Below, in pieces: positions 8,340 to 16,981 of a DNA stretch of 64,000 nucleotides. The notes under the pieces were generated by a model. It saw nothing but the letters and a program-made list of their open reading frames with translations, ran no database searches and was not told where the DNA came from. The DNA is from Actinomycetota bacterium (lineage in GTDB: Bacteria; Actinomycetota; Thermoleophilia; UBA2241): positions 1,790 through 65,789 of the forward strand of contig PKYG01000097.1 in NCBI GenBank assembly GCA_003132585.1, given 5' to 3'. The translations under genes were made by a program, and so were the position numbers. Positions within the stretch are counted from its first letter, which is position 1, and each line of letters opens with the position of its first letter.

Positions 8340-10544
8340 ATGGACCGCGTACCCGGTCTCCTGAAGCGGCACGAACAGCAGGTGCGCTACCTGCTGGTCG
8401 GCGGCTGGAACACGCTCTTCGGCTACGGCGTGTACGCGCTCCTCTACTGGCTGCTGCGCCGGCACATGTCGTACGTGCTGATCCTCGTGCCCGCCAACGT
8501 GATCGCGATCACGCAGAACTACTTCGGCTACAAATTCGTCGTCTTTCGCACGCACGGCAACTATCTGCGCGAGTACTTCAAGACCTACCTCGTGTACGGC
8601 GCCGCGTTCGTGGTCAATCTGGGCCTGCTGCCGCTGCTGCACGAGGTCGCCGGCTTGCCGGTGCTGGTCGCGCAGGCGGTGGCGATGGCGGTCACCGTGG
8701 TGCTCAGCTACTTCTTCTACAAGTACTTCGCCTTCCGGCCGGCGGACGGCGCAGGGGAGCGGTGGTCGCCGGCGGGGGAGCGCTGGTCGAGGCTCGACAT
8801 CGGTCTCGGCGCCGTCGCCGTCTTCGTCTTTCTCGCGGCGCTCGCCTTCACCTACAGCCGCCTCTACCGCGGCATCGACCTGCTCGACGAGAGCTTCTAC
8901 ATCGCCGTGCCGTATCGCTTCGCCCTCGGCGCGCGGCCGTTCGTCGACGAGGTCAACCTGCTGCAGCTCGCCGGGCTCGTCGTCTACCCGTTCGTCAAGG
9001 CGTTCGTGGCGATCAGCGGTGGGGCGACGGGGTTGATGCTCTATACGCGACACCTGTATCTGCTCTTCGCCCTCGGTGTCGCGACCTCGGTCTTCTGCCT
9101 GCTGCGTACGCTGATGCGCTGGCAGTACGCGGCGCTGGCGGCGACGCTCTACGTGAGCTACTTCGCCTTCGACCTGCCGCAACTCAACTACAACACGCTC
9201 GCCTCCGGGTTCCTGACGCTCGGCGTGGTCCTCGGGCTGTGGACGATCCTGCACGGACGCAGCCACTGGTACATGGTGGCGGCGGGCGTCTGTCACGGCG
9301 TCGCCGTGTTCGTGTTTCCGACGCTGATCGTGATCGTGCCGCTGTACGCGATCGCGGCGGCGCTCGTCAGCGCCGGGCGCCGGCGCGCGGCGTGGGCGTA
9401 CGTTGCCGGCGCCGGAGCCGCAGGCGCTGCCGGCGCCATCGTGCTCGTCTCCTTCGGCGTCGGCAATGTGCTGCGCAGCGTGCGCTTTCAGCTCGCCGAC
9501 GCCAAGCGCGTCGGCCAGGGCGGCGGGTTCGCGAAGGTCGGCAACGTGATCTCGGGCTGGGAGCGGCTGATGATGTCGCGCGCGCACCTGCTGGTCATTG
9601 CCGCGGTGCTCTATCTCATCTACCGGCGCTACCCGCGCGCGCGCCTGCTGCTGCTCGCCTACGTGCCGCCGTCGCTCTTCATGGGCGGCCTGCGCTGGCT
9701 GCTCGAGGCGGCGGGCTTTGCGATCGCCTTCATGTTCGTCAGCTTCTTCCTGCTGCTCTTCACCGATGCGCGCGATCGCAGCCTCGTCGTCAAGCTCGCC
9801 GCGTGGGGCCTCGTGCCGGCGCTCGCCGCCGGCATCATGACCGGGTACACGAGCGCCTCCAGCTTCGTCAACAGCGAGGTGGGGTTCCTCCCGGCGATGC
9901 TCTGTTGCGCGGCGCTGCTGGTGCTTGTCGCCGCGCCGCGCCCCGGCGAGCCGCAGGACCGGCTGGCGCGGGCGCTGCCGTGGCTCACGGCGGCGGCGCT
10001 CACGCTCACCGTCGCGGCGACGATCGTCTACCAGTTCGCGTACATCCCGCGGATGGTGCCGTACCGCACGCTCACAGTGCAGATGCGCGCGGGCCCCTAT
10101 GCGGGCATCTACACGACGGTCCCGCGCGCCGCCTTTCTCACCAAGTTCAGCGCCGACCTCGCCACGCTCGTGCGCCCCGACGAGCGCATCATCGTCTTCA
10201 ACGGCCTGCCGGCGGCGTACCTGATGTGGCCGCACGCCGCCGCCGCCAACACCGTGTGGATCACCACGTCCGGCGGGGCGCCGGGCGTGCTGCCGCCGGC
10301 CACCTGGGACTACTTCAAGCAGGCGGGCGTCGTGCCCGATGTCGTGATCCGCATCGCCAACCCTGCCGAGGCGACGCCGTGGGCGGTCGCGCACCAATTG
10401 AACGGGGGATTGCCGTACCCGCTCGTGCTTACCCGTACCGACGTGCTGCCGAACTACATCGTCTACCGGCGACCGGCGTGGTTCTCGATCGACACACTGC
10501 CGGCGCAGCCGACGCTGCCGCAGTCACCGGCGGCGACTCCCTAG
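8340..10544 (+). CDS. GtrA-like domain fused to a large GT-C-type polytopic membrane glycosyltransferase (ArnT/PMT-like).
   Basis: N-terminal ~130 aa LLVGGWNTLFGYGVYALLYW...YFGYKFVVF = GtrA family (4 TM), followed by ~600 aa with >12 predicted TM helices. ATG 8340. Confidence 0.7.
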   Translation: MDRVPGLLKRHEQQVRYLLVGGWNTLFGYGVYALLYWLLRRHMSYVLILVPANVIAITQNYFGYKFVVFRTHGNYLREYFKTYLVYGAAFVVNLGLLPLLHEVAGLPVLVAQAVAMAVTVVLSYFFYKYFAFRPADGAGERWSPAGERWSRLDIGLGAVAVFVFLAALAFTYSRLYRGIDLLDESFYIAVPYRFALGARPFVDEVNLLQLAGLVVYPFVKAFVAISGGATGLMLYTRHLYLLFALGVATSVFCLLRTLMRWQYAALAATLYVSYFAFDLPQLNYNTLASGFLTLGVVLGLWTILHGRSHWYMVAAGVCHGVAVFVFPTLIVIVPLYAIAAALVSAGRRRAAWAYVAGAGAAGAAGAIVLVSFGVGNVLRSVRFQLADAKRVGQGGGFAKVGNVISGWERLMMSRAHLLVIAAVLYLIYRRYPRARLLLLAYVPPSLFMGGLRWLLEAAGFAIAFMFVSFFLLLFTDARDRSLVVKLAAWGLVPALAAGIMTGYTSASSFVNSEVGFLPAMLCCAALLVLVAAPRPGEPQDRLARALPWLTAAALTLTVAATIVYQFAYIPRMVPYRTLTVQMRAGPYAGIYTTVPRAAFLTKFSADLATLVRPDERIIVFNGLPAAYLMWPHAAAANTVWITTSGGAPGVLPPATWDYFKQAGVVPDVVIRIANPAEATPWAVAHQLNGGLPYPLVLTRTDVLPNYIVYRRPAWFSIDTLPAQPTLPQSPAATP

Positions 10545-11281
10545 GAGCTCGACTCCGGGAACGCGTCGGCGACGGCTTTGCGGACGAAATCGAGCAGGTC
10601 GCCAGTCTTGTACAGGAAGCCCCTGATGCCGGCAGCCCCGGCCGCGGCCATGTCGCTCACCTTGTCGCCGATGAAGATGCAGTCGGAGGGCGCGGCGGCG
10701 AAGTCGGCCAGCGCCTGCAGAAGGAGTCCCGGTTGCGGCTTGCGCGCGGGGCAGTCGAGCCGGTAGGCGTCGAGCCCCGCCTCCGGATGGTGCGGGCAGT
10801 AGTACACAGCGGCGAGCGCCGCGCCGTCGGCGGCCAGGCGCTCGCCCACCCAGCCCATGAACTGCGCGAACTCCGCCTCCGTGTACAACCCGCGGCCGAT
10901 GCCCGCCTGGTTGGTGACGACGACGACGGTGAAGCCCCAGCGGTCGAGCCAGCGCACGGCCTCGACCGCGCCGGGCATCCAGACGAAGTCCTCGGGGCGG
11001 TGCACGTAGTCTCCGTCGACGTTGAGCACGCCGTCGCGGTCGAGGAAGGCGAGGCGGAGCTGGGCGGCGGCGACTCCGCCGCTGCCGGCGCCGATGGGAC
11101 GCGGATCGGTCGTGTCCCCCGAAACGATGGAGAGAGGAGGAGCCGGGGCACCGGAGCCCGCGGCCGCAGCGGTCACAGCCGCGGGCGCCGCGGCAGATGC
11201 GATCGCGGCAGCCGCAGCCTGAGCTGCCGCGGCCGCCGCGGCCGCGATCGCCTGAGCTGCCGCGCACGGCCGGATCAACAT
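10541..11281 (-). CDS. gmhB: D-glycero-D-manno-heptose 1,7-bisphosphate phosphatase (HAD, GmhB). N-terminal ~70 aa Ala-rich low-complexity stretch of doubtful reality; alt GTG start near 11176.
   Basis: FLDRDGVLN (DxDG), VVVVTNQAGIGRG, CPHHPE...CxCRKPxPG and FIGDKVSDMAAA motifs typical of GmhB. Confidence 0.7.
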   Translation of the reverse strand: MLIRPCAAAQAIAAAAAAAAQAAAAAIASAAAPAAVTAAAAGSGAPAPPLSIVSGDTTDPRPIGAGSGGVAAAQLRLAFLDRDGVLNVDGDYVHRPEDFVWMPGAVEAVRWLDRWGFTVVVVTNQAGIGRGLYTEAEFAQFMGWVGERLAADGAALAAVYYCPHHPEAGLDAYRLDCPARKPQPGLLLQALADFAAAPSDCIFIGDKVSDMAAAGAAGIRGFLYKTGDLLDFVRKAVADAFPESSS

Positions 11282-11844
11282 AGCGAGGCCTCGGCAAGCT
11301 CGCTGAGGATGTGCTCGATCACAATGTGTGCCTCCTGAGTGCGCGCGGTGTCGGTGCTGGGCACGGCGAGGAGCACGTCGCAGACGCCGGCGAGCCGGCC
11401 GCCGCCCTCGCCGGTGAGCGCGATCACCCTGAGGCCGCCGGCGCGCGCCGCGGCGGCGGCCTTGAGCACATTCGCGCTCTCGCCGCTGGTGGAGATCGCG
11501 AGCAGCACGTCGCCGGCGCGGCCGAGCGCCGCGACCTGCCGCGCGAAGACCTCGTCGAAGCCGTGGTCGTTGGCGACCGCCGTGACGATCGACGTGTTGG
11601 TCGTGAGTGCGATCGCCGGCAGGGCGCGGCGCTCGAGCCGGAAGCGGCCGACGAACTCGGCGGCGACGTGCTGGGCGTCGGCGGCGGAGCCGCCGTTGCC
11701 GCAGACCAGCAGCTTGCCGCCGGCCGAGAGCGAGTCGTGGATGAGCGCGTGCGCCCGGCAGATCTCGGCGCTCAGCGCCGAGACTGCCGCCATCACGCGC
11801 TCATGCTCCGCCAGGCGCTTGGCGACGATGCTCACACCGTCCAT
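11275..11844 (-). CDS. gmhA: Phosphoheptose isomerase (SIS domain).
   Basis: MDGVSIVAKRLAEHERVM... LLVCGNGGSAADAQHVAAEF... AISTSGESANVL SIS motifs. True start ATG at 11844. Longer ORF-track extension is an overlap artefact. Confidence 0.8.
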   Translation of the reverse strand: MDGVSIVAKRLAEHERVMAAVSALSAEICRAHALIHDSLSAGGKLLVCGNGGSAADAQHVAAEFVGRFRLERRALPAIALTTNTSIVTAVANDHGFDEVFARQVAALGRAGDVLLAISTSGESANVLKAAAAARAGGLRVIALTGEGGGRLAGVCDVLLAVPSTDTARTQEAHIVIEHILSELAEASLC

Positions 11845-12845
11845 GAGCGCACCCCCTCGTGCGTGAACTTGAAGTTGGCGATCTGCGCGCCGCCGCGCTG
11901 CAGCATGGCCTGCACGGCGAAGCGGCTGCCCGGCTTGCAGATGAAGAACATGAAGCCGCCGCCGCCGGCGCCGGGGATCTTGCCGCCGAGGGCGCCTGCC
12001 TTGCGCGCCTCGGCGTACAGCTCGTCGATCGGCGCCGTACTGATGCCGTCGGCCATCTGCTTCTTCGCCTCCCACGCCTCGTGCAGCAGCTCGCCGAGCG
12101 CCGGCACGCGGCCGAGCAGGAGCGCGTTCTTCATCTCGTAGGCGAGCGCCTTGAGGCGGTCCATGGCGGCGATCGCCGGGGCGTTGCCGGAGCGGTAGTT
12201 CTCCACCTGGCGGTCGATGATGTGCGCCGAGAAGTGGGTGCCGCCGACGTGCGCGAAGAGCAGGCTGTACTCGAGCTCGTAGAGCGTCTCCGGGCGCAGA
12301 CGCAGGGCGTTGACGATCGCGTGACCGTCGGCGAACTCGATGAAGTTGAAACCGCCGAAGGCGGTGGCGTACTGGTCCTGATGGCCACCGCCGATACCCG
12401 CCTCGATGCGCTCGATCTGATAGGCCTTCTCGGCGATCTGGTAGTCGTCGAGCGGCAGGCGCAGGTGCTGCGCCAGCGCCGCGATCAGCGCGACCGTGAC
12501 CGCCGAGGACGAGCCGAGGCCCGAACCGGGCGGCGCGTCGTTGTGGAGCAGCACCTCGAGACCGTCACTGAGACCGTGCTCCCGGCGAAAATGATCGAGC
12601 ACGGTCTTGGCCAGGTCGAGCTGCCCGTCGTAGACGAACTCCTCGTCGACCGAGCAGGCGACGCTGGAGTCGTAGTCGAGGCTCGAGATGCGCAGGTCCG
12701 GGCCGCCGGCGTCGAGCGTGGCGTAGGCGTAGCGGTCGATACTGGCGCTGAGCACGGCGCCGCCACGCTCGTCGCAGTACGGCGACACGTCGGTGCCGCC
12801 GCCGCCGAAGCTGATGCGCAGTGGCGCTCGCGCGCGGATGGTCAC
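11832..12845 (-). CDS. hddA: D-glycero-D-manno-heptose 7-phosphate kinase (GHMP kinase).
   Basis: GHMP motif PPGSGLGSSSAVTVALIAAL. GTG start at 12845 with GGAGGA SD 9 nt upstream. 13-bp overlap with gmhA. Confidence 0.8.
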   Translation of the reverse strand: MTIRARAPLRISFGGGGTDVSPYCDERGGAVLSASIDRYAYATLDAGGPDLRISSLDYDSSVACSVDEEFVYDGQLDLAKTVLDHFRREHGLSDGLEVLLHNDAPPGSGLGSSSAVTVALIAALAQHLRLPLDDYQIAEKAYQIERIEAGIGGGHQDQYATAFGGFNFIEFADGHAIVNALRLRPETLYELEYSLLFAHVGGTHFSAHIIDRQVENYRSGNAPAIAAMDRLKALAYEMKNALLLGRVPALGELLHEAWEAKKQMADGISTAPIDELYAEARKAGALGGKIPGAGGGGFMFFICKPGSRFAVQAMLQRGGAQIANFKFTHEGVRSWTV

Positions 12846-12895
12846 GCAGGGTCCTCCAATCGAGAAACGTGCATGGGCGCATTGTAGCAGGCGGG
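12707..12895. repeat. Copy A of a ~190-bp direct repeat: hddA 5' end (first ~46 codons) plus its RBS and upstream leader.
   Basis: ~94% identical to 14305..14493 by eye (CGTAGGCGTAGCG.TCGATACTGGCGCTGAGCACGGCGCCGCC...GTCACGCAGGGTCCTCCAATCGAGAAACGTGCATGGGCGCATT). Confidence 0.8.
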
Positions 12896-12967
12896 TGAGT
12901 GGGGGGCAGTGGTCGAGAAAGTGCCCACGAACTTCGAGTAGGTCTCAGCGCGCACTAGCGCGCTGCG

Positions 12968-14251
12968 TCAGCGAAGGGGCAGTGCGTAGCAGACCGTGTC
13001 GTCGATCTCCCGGCTGTAGTGCCTGAGGTACACACCGCTGCGCGGCATCAGCCGCTTGATGAGTAGAGGTATCGTCCACAGGTCGGTGGGAAAGTGATAG
13101 GCGGAGACGGCAAGGGTGGGTGCGGCGTCCGCGAGCAGGCGCGCCGCACCCAGGAGAGCCTCAGCCTCGGCGCCCTCGATGTCCATCTTGATCAACGACG
13201 GCGCGCGGCGGCCGTCGAAGTACTCGTCGAGGCCGACGACGGGCACGCTCTCACCTCCCAGCTCGTCGTCGCCGAGCAGCCGTGAGCCCGTACCAGCAGT
13301 GCTGAGGAGGCGCGCGCTGCTCATGTGGCGGGCGAGACCTGCCCGTATGGCGGTGATGCGCGCAGGGTCGGTTGCCGCGACATCGGCGAGTTTCGCAAAG
13401 CTCGCCCGGTCCGGCTCGAAGGCGACGTACGAGCGAAACCGCCCTGTGCAGCACACCAGGAACGATCTGAGGGTATCGCCGACGTAGGCACCTCCGTCGA
13501 CCACAACTTCGTCGACGCCGAGCTCATGCACGCTCGAATCGAAGTAGATGGTCGCCGCCGACGTGATCTCGTCCAGGCGCTCCTTGTCAAGGCTGACATA
13601 GAATGCGAGCTTGCCGGCGAACACGCGGCGTGACTCTTCGTCGGCGAGGAGGGCCTGCGCATCCTCGATGGCGGTGCGGTTGGCGGTGTCTGTGGCTGCC
13701 GCCCAGGCGCCCTCGTACTCCCGCGCCCGGAAGATCTCAGGCAGTCGCAGGTTCAAGTAGCCTGCCGGAACGACGGCCTCGCAGCCGAGCGCACGCAGAT
13801 CTTCACAGATCGCGGAGTCGAACATGGTGCTGGCTACGAGGACGGCGTCCCCTGAGTGGGCCGCGGCGACCTCGGTGGGGGAGAGTACCGGCAGGCCGTC
13901 GATGCGGCCGCCCTGCACCGCAGGGTCGCTGTCACCGAAAGCGACGACGCGCGCACCTTGCGCCGTCAGGCCCGCGGCTGCCTGACGGCCCATCCGGCCG
14001 GCTGGATAGACCACCGCAGGACGACGCCCGGCGAGAACCTCGTCAAGCACGCCGTAGCGTCTGTCCAGGGCTGCGCGCCACACTCGCGGGTCGCAGTCAA
14101 GGAGAGCGGCGAGGCGCGAGCCCGTGCTTGGGGCGTGCGCATCGCCGCGCGAGGACGAGCCTTCGTTCACGGCATCGTCGCCGGTGACAGACACTCGCCG
14201 ACGACGGAACACGGGCTCGCACGCCCGACCGACGTATGTCCGATGATGCAT
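12968..14251 (-). CDS. FkbM-family SAM-dependent methyltransferase with an N-terminal Rossmann-like domain (putative sugar O-methyltransferase).
   Basis: C-terminal VVDGGAYVGDTL...IKMDIEGAEAEAL...VSAYHFPTDLW matches FkbM (Methyltransf_21) family. ATG at 14251. Confidence 0.7.
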   Translation of the reverse strand: MHHRTYVGRACEPVFRRRRVSVTGDDAVNEGSSSRGDAHAPSTGSRLAALLDCDPRVWRAALDRRYGVLDEVLAGRRPAVVYPAGRMGRQAAAGLTAQGARVVAFGDSDPAVQGGRIDGLPVLSPTEVAAAHSGDAVLVASTMFDSAICEDLRALGCEAVVPAGYLNLRLPEIFRAREYEGAWAAATDTANRTAIEDAQALLADEESRRVFAGKLAFYVSLDKERLDEITSAATIYFDSSVHELGVDEVVVDGGAYVGDTLRSFLVCCTGRFRSYVAFEPDRASFAKLADVAATDPARITAIRAGLARHMSSARLLSTAGTGSRLLGDDELGGESVPVVGLDEYFDGRRAPSLIKMDIEGAEAEALLGAARLLADAAPTLAVSAYHFPTDLWTIPLLIKRLMPRSGVYLRHYSREIDDTVCYALPLR

Positions 14252-14266
14252 GATTCCATGGCCGTG

Positions 14267-14452
14267 CTATATCACGGGGCTTACGAGTCTCGGTGCGAGC
14301 AATACGCCACCGGCGTCGAGCGTCGCGTAGGCGTAGCGATCGATACTGGCGCTGAGCACGGCGCCGCCCCGCTCCTCGCAGTACGGCGACACGTCGGTGC
14401 CGCCGCCGCCGGAGCTGATGCGCAGTGGCGCTCGCGAGCGGATCGTCACGCA
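14267..14452 (-). pseudogene. Truncated duplicate of the hddA 5' end (hddA'). Potential 61-aa leader ORF directly upstream of the FkbM methyltransferase gene.
   Basis: [48 protein letters not shown] matches hddA residues 1-47, then diverges to a stop 15 nt before the fkbM start. Confidence 0.6.
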
Positions 14453-14493
14453 GGGTCCTCCAATCGAGAAACGTGCATGGGCGCATTCTAACA
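14305..14493. repeat. Copy B of the ~190-bp hddA 5'-end/leader direct repeat.
   Basis: See copy A. Includes the same GGAGGA SD and GTG start context. Confidence 0.8.
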
Positions 14494-14609
14494 GGCACAG
14501 GCTGACGAAGTTCTGATACCATTCGGCCGGATTCTGGATGAGGCTTCCAAGTTGGTTGCCCTGACATTCGTGAGAGGAACGTGCTCCTGAGCGTCCCAAG
14601 CGAGAAGCG

Positions 14610-15614
14610 GTGAAGGGTCACATCGTCGTGACTGGCTGCGCCGGGTTCATCGGGTCGCACCTGACCGACAGGCTGCTGGCCGACGGGCACACGGTGGTCG
14701 GCATCGACTCGTTCGAGGACTACTACCCGCGGGCGGTCAAAGAGGCGAACCTCGAAAGCGCGCGTGCCAACCCCGCCTTCACGCTGCATGAGGCGAACAT
14801 CCTCGACCTGGCCGCCGAGGCTGCGCCGGGCGGCCTCGAAGCAGGCGGCGCCAAGGGCTCCGCCCTCGCCGCCCTTCTGCGCGGCTGCGCCTGCGTTTAC
14901 CACCTCGCTGCCCAGGTTGGCGTGCGCGCCAGCTGGGGCATCTCGTTCGAGGTCTACACGCGCAACAACGTGCTGGCGACGCAGCAGCTGCTCGAGGAGT
15001 GCGTCGCTGCCGAGGTGCCCAAGGTGATCTACGCCTCATCTTCGTCGGTCTACGGCGACCAGGACGAGTTGCCGCTGCGCGAAGACATGCTGCCGCGGCC
15101 GCGCTCGCCCTACGGGGTGACCAAGCTGGCCGGCGAGCACCTCTGCGGCCTCTACCACGCCAATCACGGGCTCGACACGGTGTCGCTGCGCTTCTTCACC
15201 GTGTACGGCCCGCGGCAGCGCCCGGACATGGCCTTCCACAAGTTCATTAGGGCCACGCTCGAGGGCCGCGAGATCGTGATCTACGGCGACGGCACGCAGA
15301 CGCGCGACTTCACCTACGTGGACGACATCGTCGAGGGGCTGGTGCTGGCGCAGAACGCTCCGGCCGGCGCCGTGATGAACCTCGGCGGCGGCAACCGGGT
15401 GAGCCTTGACGAGGCGATCGCGACGCTCGGCGAGGTCATGGGGGCGGAGCCGAAGCTCGCTCGACAGCATGTGGAGGCAGGAGATGTGAGGGACACTCTG
15501 GCGGACGTGTGGAAGGCGGAGGAGTCGGTGGGCTACCGGCCTACGACAACGCTGGCAGGCGGACTGGCACAGGAATACACATGGCTGGCCGGGGAGAGGA
15601 GCGTGAGCTCATGA
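14610..15614 (+). CDS. NAD-dependent epimerase/dehydratase (nucleotide-sugar 4-epimerase or 4,6-dehydratase-like).
   Basis: [15 protein letters not shown] Rossmann. YASSSSVYG ... [11 protein letters not shown] (YxxxK) catalytic motif. GTG 14610. Confidence 0.8.
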   Translation: MKGHIVVTGCAGFIGSHLTDRLLADGHTVVGIDSFEDYYPRAVKEANLESARANPAFTLHEANILDLAAEAAPGGLEAGGAKGSALAALLRGCACVYHLAAQVGVRASWGISFEVYTRNNVLATQQLLEECVAAEVPKVIYASSSSVYGDQDELPLREDMLPRPRSPYGVTKLAGEHLCGLYHANHGLDTVSLRFFTVYGPRQRPDMAFHKFIRATLEGREIVIYGDGTQTRDFTYVDDIVEGLVLAQNAPAGAVMNLGGGNRVSLDEAIATLGEVMGAEPKLARQHVEAGDVRDTLADVWKAEESVGYRPTTTLAGGLAQEYTWLAGERSVSS

Positions 15615-16024
15615 CACCGTGGACCTCTGATTTCGAGATCATCGAGAAGGACGGCGCGGAACTGTGCTACGTCATCCGCGCCGAGCTCGCTCCCGACACC
15701 ACCACGTTCGTCACGCCATCCCACTACAAGCAGCAGGTGGGCTTCATCGCCTATCCCGCCGGCGGCGAAGTGCAGCGTCACCTGCACCTGCCCCTCGAGC
15801 GGCACCTCGTGGGCACGTCCGAGGTACTCTTCGTCCGCAAGGGTCGCTGCATTCTGGATGTGTACGACGACGCGAAGGAGCTTGTGGCCAGCCGTGAGGT
15901 CAAGGCCGGCGACCTTGTGCTGATGGTGGGCGGCGGCCATGGGTTCCGCATGCTCGAAGACACGCTCTTCCTCGAGGTGAAGCAGGGCCCATACCTCGAG
16001 TGCGAGGAGAAGGAGCGCTTCTGA
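15611..16024 (+). CDS. Cupin-fold protein (WxcM/FdtA-like sugar 3,4-ketoisomerase candidate).
   Basis: 137 aa, ATG 15611 in ATGA overlap with upstream stop. Small beta-barrel-type composition with His residues (QRHLHLPLERHL...GGGHGF). Confidence 0.55.
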   Translation: MTPWTSDFEIIEKDGAELCYVIRAELAPDTTTFVTPSHYKQQVGFIAYPAGGEVQRHLHLPLERHLVGTSEVLFVRKGRCILDVYDDAKELVASREVKAGDLVLMVGGGHGFRMLEDTLFLEVKQGPYLECEEKERF

Positions 16025-16959
16025 TGCACCCGATTCGTCATGCGAAAGCCCTCGTGCGTGAGCGCCTGACGAATGTCGTCCGTTCGGAGGTCCGGGCGGA
16101 GATGAGAACCACCGCCACTCTTGCCGCGCAGGTGGTCGAGGCACGCCAGGCTGGTGCAAGTCGTCTCGCTTCGACCTATGACCACACCAAGAGTCCCAGC
16201 GACGAGTTCTACGGCGATCTAGCTGAGAGGCTGCGGGGCGCCGGCGTGCATGTACAGACCAAACAGGTCGATGTGGCGCGCTTCTCGGACTGGGCCGAGG
16301 GACACCCCGGCCTCTGGGACTGCTATTACGGGGATCCTGCGACTCGCGTGGAGAAGCTGCTTGAGCACTTCCTCTCCGAGGAATCGACCCGTCTCACTGC
16401 GGGGATGGCCTACATCGATGTCGCGGCAGCCGGTGGTCACTGGGTCTCATGTCTGCGAGGTGCAGGACTGAATGCACTGGCCTTGGACCTGAGCTACCCG
16501 CAGGGAGTGCACGGGTGGCGCATCGGTGCAGATGCCCAGGAGATACCGCTTCCCAGTGGCTCGGTCGATGCCGTGTCCGCTCAGTGCGCGTTTGAATGCT
16601 TCCAGGGCGGTGCCGATGTTGGGTTCATGCGTGAGGCTGCGCGACTACTGCGCCTCGGAGGGAGGCTGGCGATCGTTCCCTTGTACGTGGAAGACGCTCA
16701 CTTCATCGCGACGAGTCCCTACACCATCGTCGAGCCGGGCTGTTTCGACGAGGGTGCAGCGGTGGTGTGGCGTGATGATGAGTACGATGAGCCGTTCGCT
16801 CGACACTACTCGCCGGAAGCTCTGGTCGATAGGCTGGGCGACGCACTCGGTCTGTTCTCGGAAACGAGAGTCGTGCACATGACCAATCTCGAGTCACTCC
16901 GAGAGCGTTGGCCCGGATCACGCCTGTACGCCTACTTCATGTTGGAGTGTCGCAAGTGA
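16024..16959 (+). CDS. Class I SAM-dependent methyltransferase.
   Basis: Methyltransf_11-like: IDVAAAGGHW (motif I-like) ... LLRLGGRLAIV (post-II). ATG 16024 overlaps upstream TGA (TGATG). Confidence 0.65.
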   Translation: MHPIRHAKALVRERLTNVVRSEVRAEMRTTATLAAQVVEARQAGASRLASTYDHTKSPSDEFYGDLAERLRGAGVHVQTKQVDVARFSDWAEGHPGLWDCYYGDPATRVEKLLEHFLSEESTRLTAGMAYIDVAAAGGHWVSCLRGAGLNALALDLSYPQGVHGWRIGADAQEIPLPSGSVDAVSAQCAFECFQGGADVGFMREAARLLRLGGRLAIVPLYVEDAHFIATSPYTIVEPGCFDEGAAVVWRDDEYDEPFARHYSPEALVDRLGDALGLFSETRVVHMTNLESLRERWPGSRLYAYFMLECRK

Positions 16960-16981
16960 CGCCCGACCTGCTGGTGAGCCG

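Noticed and set aside
6978-10397. 1139-aa ORF on the minus strand antisense to the GT2 and GtrA::GT-C genes.
   Set aside because: Low-complexity Arg/Ala/Gly/Pro/Asp-rich translation typical of antisense frames in ~70% GC DNA. It fully overlaps well-supported plus-strand genes with clear domain motifs.
11150-11290. Possible CRISPR- or tandem-repeat-like structure (repeated GCCTGAGCTGCCGCG and GC-rich Ala codon runs).
   Set aside because: Only two short copies with no regular spacer architecture. Lies inside or at the start of gmhB. Interpreted as low-complexity coding/leader sequence, not a CRISPR array.
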